A stretch of 64,000 bases of DNA. Source: an uncultured Gammaproteobacteria bacterium (GTDB lineage Bacteria > Patescibacteriota > Microgenomatia > UBA8517). A program made the translations under genes and the position numbers. Position 1 is the first letter of the stretch; every line of letters starts with the position of its first letter. The stretch spans positions 70,711-134,710 of the forward strand of contig CAZRJH010000004.1 of NCBI GenBank assembly GCA_964600575.1, written 5' to 3'. Positions 8,911 through 18,195 of this stretch are shown piece after piece. The notes below the pieces were generated by a model. That model was not told the origin of the DNA. It made no database searches and was given only the letters and a program-made list of their open reading frames with translations.

Positions 8911-9977
8911 TGAAAAAAATAGTTTCACTTTTGATTTTGATTATCGGCATATTCTTGTATTTTTTTGGAGTTGGCAACAAAGAGTTTCAAAACAGGATTT
9001 TTACAAAGTGCAAAGAGGATAATTTCCCTAGAATTTGTCAAGAAAAAGAAGTGTCGGAAGTTTTACAAAAAAGAGGCACACATTTTGCATTTGTTGCCAC
9101 AGAATATCTTAAAAAGGCTGATCCCGAATTTGGGCCTTCTTGTCACGGCTTTGTTCATGGGTTGGGAGTTTCCGCGTATAAAATGATCCTAGAGGAAAAA
9201 AATGTTTTTGCTAAGCCTGTTTCCGCTTGTGATTATGGCTTTTATCACGGACTAATGATGGAGATTGCTATGCATTCAAGAGACGACAGAAATAAAGGAT
9301 TTGCCTTAGCCGACAAACTCTGTCAGCGGTTTTTCAAATTATCCAATAAAGATAACTCGATTTATTATCAATGTTATCATGGGATAGGGCACGGGCTTCC
9401 GTTGGCGATAACCGACTACAGACCGGAAAGCGTGGCGAGCGTCTTGGATCAAAGTCTCAAATACTGTGATGATTATTTTGACGGGAAAGAGTTTTGTAAG
9501 GTTGGTGTATATGGAGGGTTTGTTTCTTTTTTGACGGGTGAGCACAACTTGAGAATCGAAGGCTTTGAGGTTGATGATATGTTGGATATATGTTCCAGGC
9601 AAGACAGTTCAATGAAGCCATACTGTTACGAGATGGCAGCGCCAGCACTTTTGTTTTCGTTTGACGACAATGTATATAAATCAGTTGATGCTATGAATCG
9701 GGCAATTGCAGAGGACTCAGATAAAATATTGATGGCAAGGCAAATTGGACAGGCGATTCTAACTTATAAATATGACGCAACAGCACAGGACCTTAAATCT
9801 ATTTGTGGGAAAGTAAGCGGCAAAAGCCATTATAGTTGTATCGAGGGCTTTATGAACGCATTCCTAGATTCCAGGCCAGATAAAAATATTAAAAAAACCG
9901 CTGAAGTTTTTTGTAAATCCGCTAACTTTGACATCTTGGAAACAGAGTCTTGTTTAGGACCGCTCAAATATATATGA
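8910..9977 (+). CDS. Cys-His-rich repeat protein (family A)
   Basis: 355 aa with an N-terminal TM. CHGFVHGLGVSAY, CDYGFYHGLM, CYHGIGHGL, CKVGVYGGF. Confidence 0.8.
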   Translation: MKKIVSLLILIIGIFLYFFGVGNKEFQNRIFTKCKEDNFPRICQEKEVSEVLQKRGTHFAFVATEYLKKADPEFGPSCHGFVHGLGVSAYKMILEEKNVFAKPVSACDYGFYHGLMMEIAMHSRDDRNKGFALADKLCQRFFKLSNKDNSIYYQCYHGIGHGLPLAITDYRPESVASVLDQSLKYCDDYFDGKEFCKVGVYGGFVSFLTGEHNLRIEGFEVDDMLDICSRQDSSMKPYCYEMAAPALLFSFDDNVYKSVDAMNRAIAEDSDKILMARQIGQAILTYKYDATAQDLKSICGKVSGKSHYSCIEGFMNAFLDSRPDKNIKKTAEVFCKSANFDILETESCLGPLKYI

Positions 9978-11116
9978 AATTTCGATATATTGTTGCTCTC
10001 GTAGTGTTGTTTGTTTTGGCCCTCTCAGCTCTGATATCTAAAGGAAACGGAAATTTGGACAAACAAGTAGGTGAATGTGTGATTTTGCAAGGGAGTTCAA
10101 AAAATAACTGTGTTTTGGATCTGGTCAAAAATTTTACCGAAAAAGGAAAAATAAGCGAGTCGCTTTCATTTCTTAGAGCATACTCTTTAAGAGATTCTGA
10201 ATACTACGGAACTGATTGTCACGGGGCCGCGCATTTTATAGGTGATGCGGCCTACGGTTTATACAAGACTGGTAAATACACCGATTTCGGCAAAGACAGC
10301 AATGTATGTTCTTATGGCTTTTATCACGCTTTCACAAGCTCTTTTGTTGTTAGTGGAGATTTTACTAAAGTCGGAGATTTTTGCTTGGGTCTTGAGACAA
10401 AGAGCGATCAATCCGCGGTTGGATGTTATCACGGGATAGGGCATGGAGCTATATACGATTTTTTTGAAACTTATAAAATTAGAGACCCGCAAACAATCAT
10501 TAATAAAAGTGTCGCGTTGTGTCAAAAAATAATGCTAAACGAAAACGGGACGAGAGAATGTATTACAGGGGTTTACGACGGCATTGGAGATGAAGTTTTG
10601 GACCCTTCTTACACAAATCTGACTCCTACGATTATTTATTCTTACTGTAAAAATCAACCCGAGAAATACAAACCCAGTTGCTACGAAAACATATCGCATT
10701 TGGTTTTCCGTAAAACTCGGCTTGGATTCGAAAACTTGGTGAATTATGCAACAACAAAGATTGAGCCAGATTACAGAGAAAGTGCGGTTAAGGGTCTTGC
10801 AACGATTTATGTAGTTGATTTAAAGGGTGGGAACATTGAAGAAGGAGTCGGGATTTGTCTAAAGCTCGCCCCAAATATCTTGAGAGCTTGTATTAAAAAC
10901 ATGACTTACAAAATTGCTGCGGATATCGAAGACGGTTCTCAATACGAAGCGGTCAAAAATTTTTGTTACAAGGCGGTGTTTGCAGGGTCAAATAGAGATG
11001 TTTGTATAAATTCGGCTGTTGAAATATTAAGTGATTATTTTGACCCTGAAGAGTTGAAGGTGAGATGCTCAAAAGATACCGGAGAAGTGCCTAATTTGTG
11101 TAAGTTTGTTGAATAA
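9974..11116 (+). CDS. Cys-His-rich repeat protein (family A)
   Basis: The ORF track starts at 9950. ATG at 9974 forms an ATGA overlap with the upstream stop and gives MKFRYIVALVVLFVLALSAL. Motifs CHGAAHFIGDAAY, CSYGFYHAF, CYHGIGHGA, CITGVYDG. Confidence 0.78.
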   Translation: MKFRYIVALVVLFVLALSALISKGNGNLDKQVGECVILQGSSKNNCVLDLVKNFTEKGKISESLSFLRAYSLRDSEYYGTDCHGAAHFIGDAAYGLYKTGKYTDFGKDSNVCSYGFYHAFTSSFVVSGDFTKVGDFCLGLETKSDQSAVGCYHGIGHGAIYDFFETYKIRDPQTIINKSVALCQKIMLNENGTRECITGVYDGIGDEVLDPSYTNLTPTIIYSYCKNQPEKYKPSCYENISHLVFRKTRLGFENLVNYATTKIEPDYRESAVKGLATIYVVDLKGGNIEEGVGICLKLAPNILRACIKNMTYKIAADIEDGSQYEAVKNFCYKAVFAGSNRDVCINSAVEILSDYFDPEELKVRCSKDTGEVPNLCKFVE

Positions 11117-12115
11117 ATGAAATATAAAATGTTGTGGTTATTGATTAGTTTGGTAATTACCGTATTGGTTTTTTTGTTTTTTGGTAAGTTACTTTATAAA
11201 CCAATTCCTATTGGAAGTAATGTTATCGAAAATCAAAAACAACTTAAAAAAATAATTGATTCAAAAGGTATAAACGCCGCCTACAAATTTTTTAAAAACA
11301 ATTTTGTTAGGTATGACTCCGTTTCGAAACACTATGTGGGTCATTTCCTTGGACAGGAGGCATATAGAGTTTTGGGTGATGAAGGGTTGGAAATATGCGA
11401 CTTTGGTTTGGATTATGGTTGTATTCATGGGTTTGTAATCGCCGGAATCTCGGAAAAAGGTAATACATATGTAACTACGGCAATGAATCGGTGTTCGGGT
11501 TTTGAACCTGATGATGTTAGACGCGGAAGTTGTGTTCATGGAGTTAGTCATACTTTACTTTTTCTCAAAGGTTATAAAGATGCTGATTTAATTTGGGCTT
11601 TGTCCAAATGCGACGATATGTTGTCAGGCGATGAATATGTTGGGCCAAGAGGTTGCTACGAGGCTGTGTTTATGGAATACAACTTAAGAAATCTTGATGG
11701 ACGGTACACAGGAAAATGGTTTGAAACAAGACCTTTTGATTATAACAATCCGCTTGCACCGTGTGACCGCCTCGAACCCAAATACAGAGGATCCTGTTAT
11801 TCAGAACTGGGTTCAATGTGGTCTAACAATATCGGTACAGATTTTGACAAAATGGCCACTTTTTGTAGCCTTATAAAAAGCAAAGAAGACGGAAGATCCT
11901 GCTTCTGGGGAATTGGAAGGTCGATGGCGGATGATTACAATTTTGATTACCGTAAGGTTGTAGATACCTGCGAGCGAGTATCCGGGGATTATTACGCTTC
12001 CTGCATTACCGGCGCTGTGGTTGTCTTAAGCAACAACGGGGTAAGCGCTTCGGTTGAAATATGTGAGACTTTAGAAGATGATGAGATTCTGAGTTGTAAA
12101 AGTCTTTTTAAATAA
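11117..12115 (+). CDS. Divergent Cys-His-rich repeat protein (family A-like)
   Basis: 332 aa with an N-terminal TM. VGHFLGQEAY, CDFGLDYGCIHGF, CVHGVSHT, CITGAVV. The same repeat pattern but more diverged. Confidence 0.72.
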   Translation: MKYKMLWLLISLVITVLVFLFFGKLLYKPIPIGSNVIENQKQLKKIIDSKGINAAYKFFKNNFVRYDSVSKHYVGHFLGQEAYRVLGDEGLEICDFGLDYGCIHGFVIAGISEKGNTYVTTAMNRCSGFEPDDVRRGSCVHGVSHTLLFLKGYKDADLIWALSKCDDMLSGDEYVGPRGCYEAVFMEYNLRNLDGRYTGKWFETRPFDYNNPLAPCDRLEPKYRGSCYSELGSMWSNNIGTDFDKMATFCSLIKSKEDGRSCFWGIGRSMADDYNFDYRKVVDTCERVSGDYYASCITGAVVVLSNNGVSASVEICETLEDDEILSCKSLFK

Positions 12116-13842
12116 TGCCACTTCAATCTAAGTTTTCCGCTAGAAACATTCTTATATTTTTAGTACCTGTGTTTTTGTGTTTCCTATTTTTAATACCGAT
12201 ACTATTTTCGTCAGGAAAAACGGGAGTTATAGATTGGGATCAGAATATGGCCTGGAATGAATTTAATAGAGTCTCCTTATTAAAATATAAACAAATACCG
12301 TTTTGGAATCCGTATAGATGCGGAGGTATCCCTCATTTTGCCGATCCCCAAATAGGTTTAATATCAATCCAAACACCGCTGGTGTTAATATTTGGGACCC
12401 AAACAGGTTTAAAAATAAGTATATTTGTTCATTTGATTTTGGGGTTTTGGGGGGCTTACTTGCTGTTTAAAAAACGTGGGATTTCTGATATTTCTTCTTT
12501 TTATATTTCCATGCTTTTTGCGTTTAACGGTATAACCGCCTCCTTTTTGTGGGCGGGTATGTTGGTCTTTTTAAACTTTGCCTATATACCTTTTGTTTTG
12601 TATTTTATCGATAAAAAAGATATTAAAAGCCTAATTAAGGCAGGGGTAATTTTTGCCCTGTCATTTTATTATGACTACCACATCCCTTTACTTTTTTCTC
12701 CATACATAGTTTTCCAGGTGGTGCGACTATTTTATCCCTACGGAATTTTGAACATTGTTAAGAAGTTGGCTCTGTTTGTATTTGTATTTATTTTGTTTTC
12801 GTTCCCTAAACTTATACTTTCCCTGGAGTTGTATTCCAACTTTCGTAGAGTTGTCGAAAATCCTTACGGTTATCGGATTGGCAACTTGATACATAATTTA
12901 ATATCTCCAAGCCAGCCTTTGTATGAATTAAATAACGGCGGCGGGCTGGTTGGGGCAGATGAAAAATCAATATATCTTGGAATAATTCCGCTATTATTTA
13001 TTCTGTTTTTGCCTTTGCTTAAAAGAGGTCCAAAAAAGTATATTGTCCTAATTTTATTAGAACTCATTGTCTTTGTTTGGATTTCTATGGGTTCCAAGAT
13101 AAATCCATCTCTTTATGAAATCTTAAAAATTGTTCCGTTTTACGAATCTTTGAATATGGCAGAAAGATTCCGATTTGTGTTTATGATCCCTCTTTTGATG
13201 TTAATTGGTTTTGGGTTTAGTAGTTTCCTGGGTGGGTTTAAGGGGATTCTAAAGCCGCTTATGGCGGGACTCATTATAGCATCCACGTTCATAGATATTG
13301 TTATTTTTTCAAGAAACAATTTTTTAAACAATTCGCTTGTAATATCTCAAAAAAATGTTGGATATTCGGGAGGGCCTTATCGCCAAATCTTTTCGGAAAA
13401 TGATGATTATAAATACTTTAAATACTCACAAAGTTGGTTAGAACACAATTCCGACGCAGTTCAATTTTTGAAACCATGGTCTTATGAATATGAATATCTC
13501 AAAAGTGAGATTGGGGTAATCGACTGTTACTCTCCTTTTGGTGGCACAGAGTCTGTTAAGGGTGCTAATCAGAACGGGTACAAAGGGGAGTGGTATTTGG
13601 AAAAAAACAAAGGAACGATCAAGTTATTGTTTTGGTCTCCAAATAGGGTATTGATTAAGGTTGATATGCCCAAAAAAGAAAACGATGTATTAATTTTGAA
13701 TCAGAGTTATTTTAAAGGCTGGAAAATATTGGTAAACGGGAATAAGGTGACGCCTGAGAGTACATCAGGACTTATCTCTGTCAAGATCAACGAAAATTCC
13801 CATGTCGTTGATTTTGTTTATAACCCGTTTCTTTTTCGTTAG
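12115..13842 (+). CDS. Polytopic membrane protein, YfhO/GT-C-like putative glycosyltransferase
   Basis: 575 aa with at least 10 hydrophobic helices. The N-terminal loop (WDQNMAWNEF...FWNPYRCGGIPHF) resembles the YfhO-family N-terminus. Family assignment rests on pattern resemblance only. Confidence 0.6.
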   Translation: MPLQSKFSARNILIFLVPVFLCFLFLIPILFSSGKTGVIDWDQNMAWNEFNRVSLLKYKQIPFWNPYRCGGIPHFADPQIGLISIQTPLVLIFGTQTGLKISIFVHLILGFWGAYLLFKKRGISDISSFYISMLFAFNGITASFLWAGMLVFLNFAYIPFVLYFIDKKDIKSLIKAGVIFALSFYYDYHIPLLFSPYIVFQVVRLFYPYGILNIVKKLALFVFVFILFSFPKLILSLELYSNFRRVVENPYGYRIGNLIHNLISPSQPLYELNNGGGLVGADEKSIYLGIIPLLFILFLPLLKRGPKKYIVLILLELIVFVWISMGSKINPSLYEILKIVPFYESLNMAERFRFVFMIPLLMLIGFGFSSFLGGFKGILKPLMAGLIIASTFIDIVIFSRNNFLNNSLVISQKNVGYSGGPYRQIFSENDDYKYFKYSQSWLEHNSDAVQFLKPWSYEYEYLKSEIGVIDCYSPFGGTESVKGANQNGYKGEWYLEKNKGTIKLLFWSPNRVLIKVDMPKKENDVLILNQSYFKGWKILVNGNKVTPESTSGLISVKINENSHVVDFVYNPFLFR

Positions 13843-13885
13843 TTTTTGTTGCTAAGACTACTTAAAATATCTATTATGATAATGT

Positions 13886-14482
13886 ATGGAAAACGGCACA
13901 GGGGGAGTTCCTGTTATTCCCACAGATCAACCCAATCAGACTATACCTGAAGGCAATATTCCTGAAGTAAAAACTATAGAGACAGATACAGGTCAGTTTC
14001 AGGAGGAGCAAACTCCGTTTTATAAAGAGTTTAGTTTTTGGATTTTGATTTTGCTGGTTTTTTTCTTTGTCGGAATAATACTTTTTTGGGCGCTGCCTTT
14101 ATTTAAACCGCCATTTAAGGCAAGCGTAGTCATGGAGGGGGGTCAAGTTAGACTGAAGGTAGAAAACTTGAGTGTAACAAAGATAGGGTATATAGTAGTC
14201 CGTAGAGTCGTTAACGGATTGCCTGATGCCTTGGTAGAAGTAAGTACTCAAATTTTGCCGGATGATTATGAGCTTTTTTTTGTACCGCTCTCCTTTGGTC
14301 CAGATACGACACCCGAAAAATACTACCAGGATCTTGTGGGTTCGGAACTTAGGATAGACTATTTTACGGATTTGAATAGCGATAACATGTATACCAAAGA
14401 GATCGACACAGAAATTCTGAAGGACGCCGGCGGAGGCAAAAGGAGCGTCAACTTGATTAACGGAACATCCGAACAAAAATGA
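13886..14482 (+). CDS. Small single-pass membrane protein, unknown function
   Basis: 198 aa with one TM (FWILILLVFFFVGIILFWALPLF) and a C-terminal soluble domain. Confidence 0.5.
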   Translation: MENGTGGVPVIPTDQPNQTIPEGNIPEVKTIETDTGQFQEEQTPFYKEFSFWILILLVFFFVGIILFWALPLFKPPFKASVVMEGGQVRLKVENLSVTKIGYIVVRRVVNGLPDALVEVSTQILPDDYELFFVPLSFGPDTTPEKYYQDLVGSELRIDYFTDLNSDNMYTKEIDTEILKDAGGGKRSVNLINGTSEQK

Positions 14483-15012
14483 GACACTTATATTTTACCC
14501 TGAGATTGTTAGTCTTTGTTTCAGTTTTCATTTTTTGTTTTTCATCTGCAGATGGTGTGTTTGCTCACGGTACTGCACAGAGCTTTCCAAAAGATATCGG
14601 CCAGTACACGGTGGAGCTTGAGTATGACGCACTTGGCATTTTTGATGACACCACGGAGCCTTTGGTTTTTAGGCTATTAGACCAAAAGTCAAAAGAACCC
14701 GTAAAATTTAGTGCTCTTTTGGTTAGACTTGAAAGAAAGGATGACAAATCTACCACTTTTGTGGTAAGACTTTCCCCGGATGACTTCCTAGACGGTGTAG
14801 GAAGGATGACTGCCATGCTAAATAGAGGTGATTATCTAATTACTTTGATCTTTTACGGTGGGGAGAATCGACTGGTCGAGGCGGAGTACGATTTAACTGT
14901 GCAAAAGGGATCGGCTAGCGACTTTCCAGTAATTCCTGTTGTATCAGGTGTTTTGGGTGCTGTTGCCGGTTTTGTAGTAGGGAGGCTAAAAAAGACCTCT
15001 CATGAAAAATAA
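14479..15012 (+). CDS. Secreted protein with signal peptide and C-terminal TM anchor
   Basis: 177 aa. N-terminal signal peptide (LLVFVSVFIFCFSSADGVFA) and a C-terminal hydrophobic helix followed by a basic tail (GRLKKTSHEK). Start is an ATGA overlap. Confidence 0.5.
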   Translation: MRHLYFTLRLLVFVSVFIFCFSSADGVFAHGTAQSFPKDIGQYTVELEYDALGIFDDTTEPLVFRLLDQKSKEPVKFSALLVRLERKDDKSTTFVVRLSPDDFLDGVGRMTAMLNRGDYLITLIFYGGENRLVEAEYDLTVQKGSASDFPVIPVVSGVLGAVAGFVVGRLKKTSHEK

Positions 15013-16588
15013 AGTTACAATTGCTTCATTGGTTTTTATACTTCTAGTTGGTTTGTTTCTAAGATTATTCAACTTATCTGGGAGGTTTATATTCGGAGTC
15101 GATCAGGCGGAAGATATGTATAAGTTCGAAGAAATAGCAGTAAACATTTTATCCGGTAACTTTAACAGACTTCCGCTTGTGGGTGAGCCGGGGACATATT
15201 TTGGCGATAAAATAGCCTTGAATGACAATTACCCTGTTTACTCGGGTGTGATGTTTTTGTATTTTATAACACCTTTTGCTTTATTATCACAATTTGATCC
15301 GCAAATACTGATATATTCCTTTGCTCTTTTTAATTTATTTGGAGTGATATTAATTTATTTGGTGACAGAAAAAATATTCGGAAGTAGGGCTGGTATTATT
15401 TCTTCAATTCTTTATTCAGTAAATTTCTATATGTTAGTTTATTCAAGGGCAATCTGGACACCGAGCCCGATTCCAATACTTTTCCTTATAACTCTTTATG
15501 TATTAATGCTTGTTTCTATAAACGGAAGATTTAAATTGATTCCTTTGCTTATGTTTTTGGTGGGATTAATTTCACAGTTTCATGATTCGGGTTATATATA
15601 TTCGGCGTTTTTTTTAGTAGTCATTCTGTTTTCTAGAGTTCCCGTCTTTAAAAAAGAATTTTTGTTTAAATCGATATTCTTTGGAACACTACCTTTGGTG
15701 CCAACAATTCTTTATGAGATAAAAACAGGGTTTACTCTAGTTGGTACCATCCTGTCTTCATTGGTTAGTGATCATTCTTCTGTTGGGGGAAACTTTCTTT
15801 ATGAGGGCTTAAAAAAATTCTGGGAGTTTGCTGTTTCTGCAAATTTGCCGTTATATTTCAATAATTATTACAAGCAAATCTTAGGTAACGCATATTTAGC
15901 CTTTATGCTTTTGTTTTCGGCAATAACTTTTGCGTCGTTAATTCTTCCTGTGTTTTTTAATAAAAATAGATTTGTTAAAGTTTTGTTCCTGGTTTTTACA
16001 ATTGTCTTTTTGGGTGTACCGTTGGCGGCAAAAATATATTACAGAGATAACTACTTTGGCCTTTATCCGCTTTTTGGTACAACTTTCTCGGTTCTTGGAG
16101 CAATACCCTTTATGATAATTGCATTTTCGGGTGCGTTGAACTTTTTAGCAGAAAAATTTAAAAAAGTTGGTAGTCTTTTGACTTTGGCAATTCTGGTCTT
16201 CTTGGTAGTTACACAGATCAAGATGTCTTGGGGCAATGTGATAAATAACGGAGACAAAAAATACGATTATGGAGATAAATTTGCTATAGCAAATGCTTTG
16301 GGAACCGAAGTAAAAGGAACAGGATATGCTTTAGAGTATGCGGACGACCAAAGTTATGCCGAAGGTTATGAATTTTTTTATATTTTAGAAAAAGCTAAAG
16401 CACCACCTCCATACAGCTATAACGGAAAGACGAGTAAGGCTACCTTATTCCATAAATATGAATTTGGTAACAAAAACCCTGAAGCTGTTTTTGCAATAGC
16501 GGGTAAGAATAATTGGGGCCAATTTAATGTCCCTGGTTGGAATCAGGTTCATGAGTCGGGCCACTTTAGATTGTACAGGAAGTTGTGA
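15002..16588 (+). CDS. GT-C fold membrane glycosyltransferase (ArnT/PMT-like, GT39/GT83-type)
   Basis: 528 aa with at least 11 TM helices. The first extracytoplasmic loop carries an acidic DxxED motif (GVDQAEDMYKFEEIA), typical of ArnT/PMT-type GT-C enzymes. Confidence 0.6.
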   Translation: MKNKVTIASLVFILLVGLFLRLFNLSGRFIFGVDQAEDMYKFEEIAVNILSGNFNRLPLVGEPGTYFGDKIALNDNYPVYSGVMFLYFITPFALLSQFDPQILIYSFALFNLFGVILIYLVTEKIFGSRAGIISSILYSVNFYMLVYSRAIWTPSPIPILFLITLYVLMLVSINGRFKLIPLLMFLVGLISQFHDSGYIYSAFFLVVILFSRVPVFKKEFLFKSIFFGTLPLVPTILYEIKTGFTLVGTILSSLVSDHSSVGGNFLYEGLKKFWEFAVSANLPLYFNNYYKQILGNAYLAFMLLFSAITFASLILPVFFNKNRFVKVLFLVFTIVFLGVPLAAKIYYRDNYFGLYPLFGTTFSVLGAIPFMIIAFSGALNFLAEKFKKVGSLLTLAILVFLVVTQIKMSWGNVINNGDKKYDYGDKFAIANALGTEVKGTGYALEYADDQSYAEGYEFFYILEKAKAPPPYSYNGKTSKATLFHKYEFGNKNPEAVFAIAGKNNWGQFNVPGWNQVHESGHFRLYRKL

Positions 16589-16633
16589 CTTGACAGTGTT
16601 ATTTAGCTGGTGTTGAATAAACTAGATTAGAGC

Positions 16634-17020
16634 ATGAACAAAAAAACTTTCTTGGTGGCATTGGTAGTAATTGTTTTTTTTGTCGGTTACTTCATTTATA
16701 AAAATTATTTTTCGACACCACAAAGCAGATTTGTAAATCTGAGCGCAGAAAATGTCGTTAAAATGGGTGAAGATTCATACGCACCCGTTGATTTCGAAGT
16801 TAAAAAAGGAACAAAAGTCAGATTTGTTAACGAATCGGGCACCTTAAGGTGGCCCGCAAGTGACTTACATCCTTCTCATTTGATATATCCGGAATTTGAT
16901 TCCAAAGAACCTGTTAAAAACGGTGATTCTTGGGAGTTTGAGTTCGACAAAGCAGGCGAATGGAGTTATCATGATCACCTGGCCCCATATATAACAGGTA
17001 CAATCAAAGTATCGGAATGA
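16634..17020 (+). CDS. Stand-alone cupredoxin-like domain protein (membrane-anchored)
   Basis: 128 aa. N-terminal TM, then VRFVNESGTLRWPASDLHPSH...GEWSYHDHLAPYITGTIKV, the same domain that is fused at the N-termini of the 236 and 2991 ORFs. Confidence 0.8.
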   Translation: MNKKTFLVALVVIVFFVGYFIYKNYFSTPQSRFVNLSAENVVKMGEDSYAPVDFEVKKGTKVRFVNESGTLRWPASDLHPSHLIYPEFDSKEPVKNGDSWEFEFDKAGEWSYHDHLAPYITGTIKVSE

Positions 17021-18195
17021 AATCAAACCCAGCGTTTATTTTGAGATTCTTGGTACTTTCGTTTTTGGCAATATTCATTATTTTTTTTCCTTTGAGAAGT
17101 TTGATTGGGGGAGAGTTTGTAAGAATGCGGTATTCAAAATGTTCTAGTCTCACTCAATCCAAAGATAAAACAATCTGCCAAAGAAAATCAATTAAAAGCG
17201 CTGTCTATATAGGGAATGTTTCTGTTGCGGTGCAACTTTTCCAAAAATCAATTCGCAACAACGATGAGGACTGTCACTCGCTAGGGCATCAAGTTGGCAG
17301 AGACTTCTATGAAATTTTTAGAAGATACGGGTTTGTAAGAATAAACGCTCCATTATCCGAATGCGGATATGGTTTCTGGCATGGTCTAATGACAGGGTTT
17401 GGAGAAGATTCCGTGTCTGGCCTTGTCGATATTGATCTCAAAAAAGTTTGCCCTACCATATTGGGCAAACGATCAAACATTTATGATGTTTGTTACCATG
17501 GTTTTGGTATCGGTTTCGTAGGTGATCCTCCCAAAATTGAGTATTGGGGCAACCCCCAACCCTTAATTCAAAATGCCAGCGAGAAATGTTTTGAAGTTAC
17601 ACAAAATCCGCTATACCTCGAACAATGTTATTCGGGAGTGTTTCATCAAACTATTGGCTATATGCAGAACAATGAATATAAATTTTCTTTTCCTGATCAA
17701 AATGAATTATCTGGTTTTTGCGGTAAGTTTGGTGCAGACAAGATTAAGCCATGCATAGAACAATTGGGGCCCGTGATGACGGTTGTTCTTTCGCAAGATG
17801 TTCCCAAAATTGTGGCTTATATAAAAAGCAAATTTGGATGGTTGGACACAGAGACAAAGCTTCGTCTTTTGCAAACAGTAGTGGGTGGAGCAGTCCATTT
17901 AAATAACGACGACGACACAAAAAAAGCAATGGTTTATTGTTTTGGTTTAGAAGAAAACGAGGTGAAAAGTTGCCTTGTCGGCGTTTTTGGAGGTGTAAAA
18001 ACCAAAACCAGAGACGGTGATGTTGCAGCCTTAGATTATTTAATTGATCTTTGTAATCAAAAAGAAATTTCAGAGGATAATCAAAAAAAATGTACCGATT
18101 TTTTGGTGAGCTCGGTAAAAGACCCGATACTACATGCGGAAGTTTCTAAAGCATGCGGTTCGAAAAAAGCACTAAAAGTTTGTAACTTACTGTGA
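17017..18195 (+). CDS. Cys-His-rich repeat protein (family A)
   Basis: 392 aa with an N-terminal TM. CHSLGHQVGRDFY, CGYGFWHGLM, CYHGFGIGF, CYSGVFHQ. ATGA overlap with the upstream cupredoxin gene. Confidence 0.78.
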   Translation: MKSNPAFILRFLVLSFLAIFIIFFPLRSLIGGEFVRMRYSKCSSLTQSKDKTICQRKSIKSAVYIGNVSVAVQLFQKSIRNNDEDCHSLGHQVGRDFYEIFRRYGFVRINAPLSECGYGFWHGLMTGFGEDSVSGLVDIDLKKVCPTILGKRSNIYDVCYHGFGIGFVGDPPKIEYWGNPQPLIQNASEKCFEVTQNPLYLEQCYSGVFHQTIGYMQNNEYKFSFPDQNELSGFCGKFGADKIKPCIEQLGPVMTVVLSQDVPKIVAYIKSKFGWLDTETKLRLLQTVVGGAVHLNNDDDTKKAMVYCFGLEENEVKSCLVGVFGGVKTKTRDGDVAALDYLIDLCNQKEISEDNQKKCTDFLVSSVKDPILHAEVSKACGSKKALKVCNLL

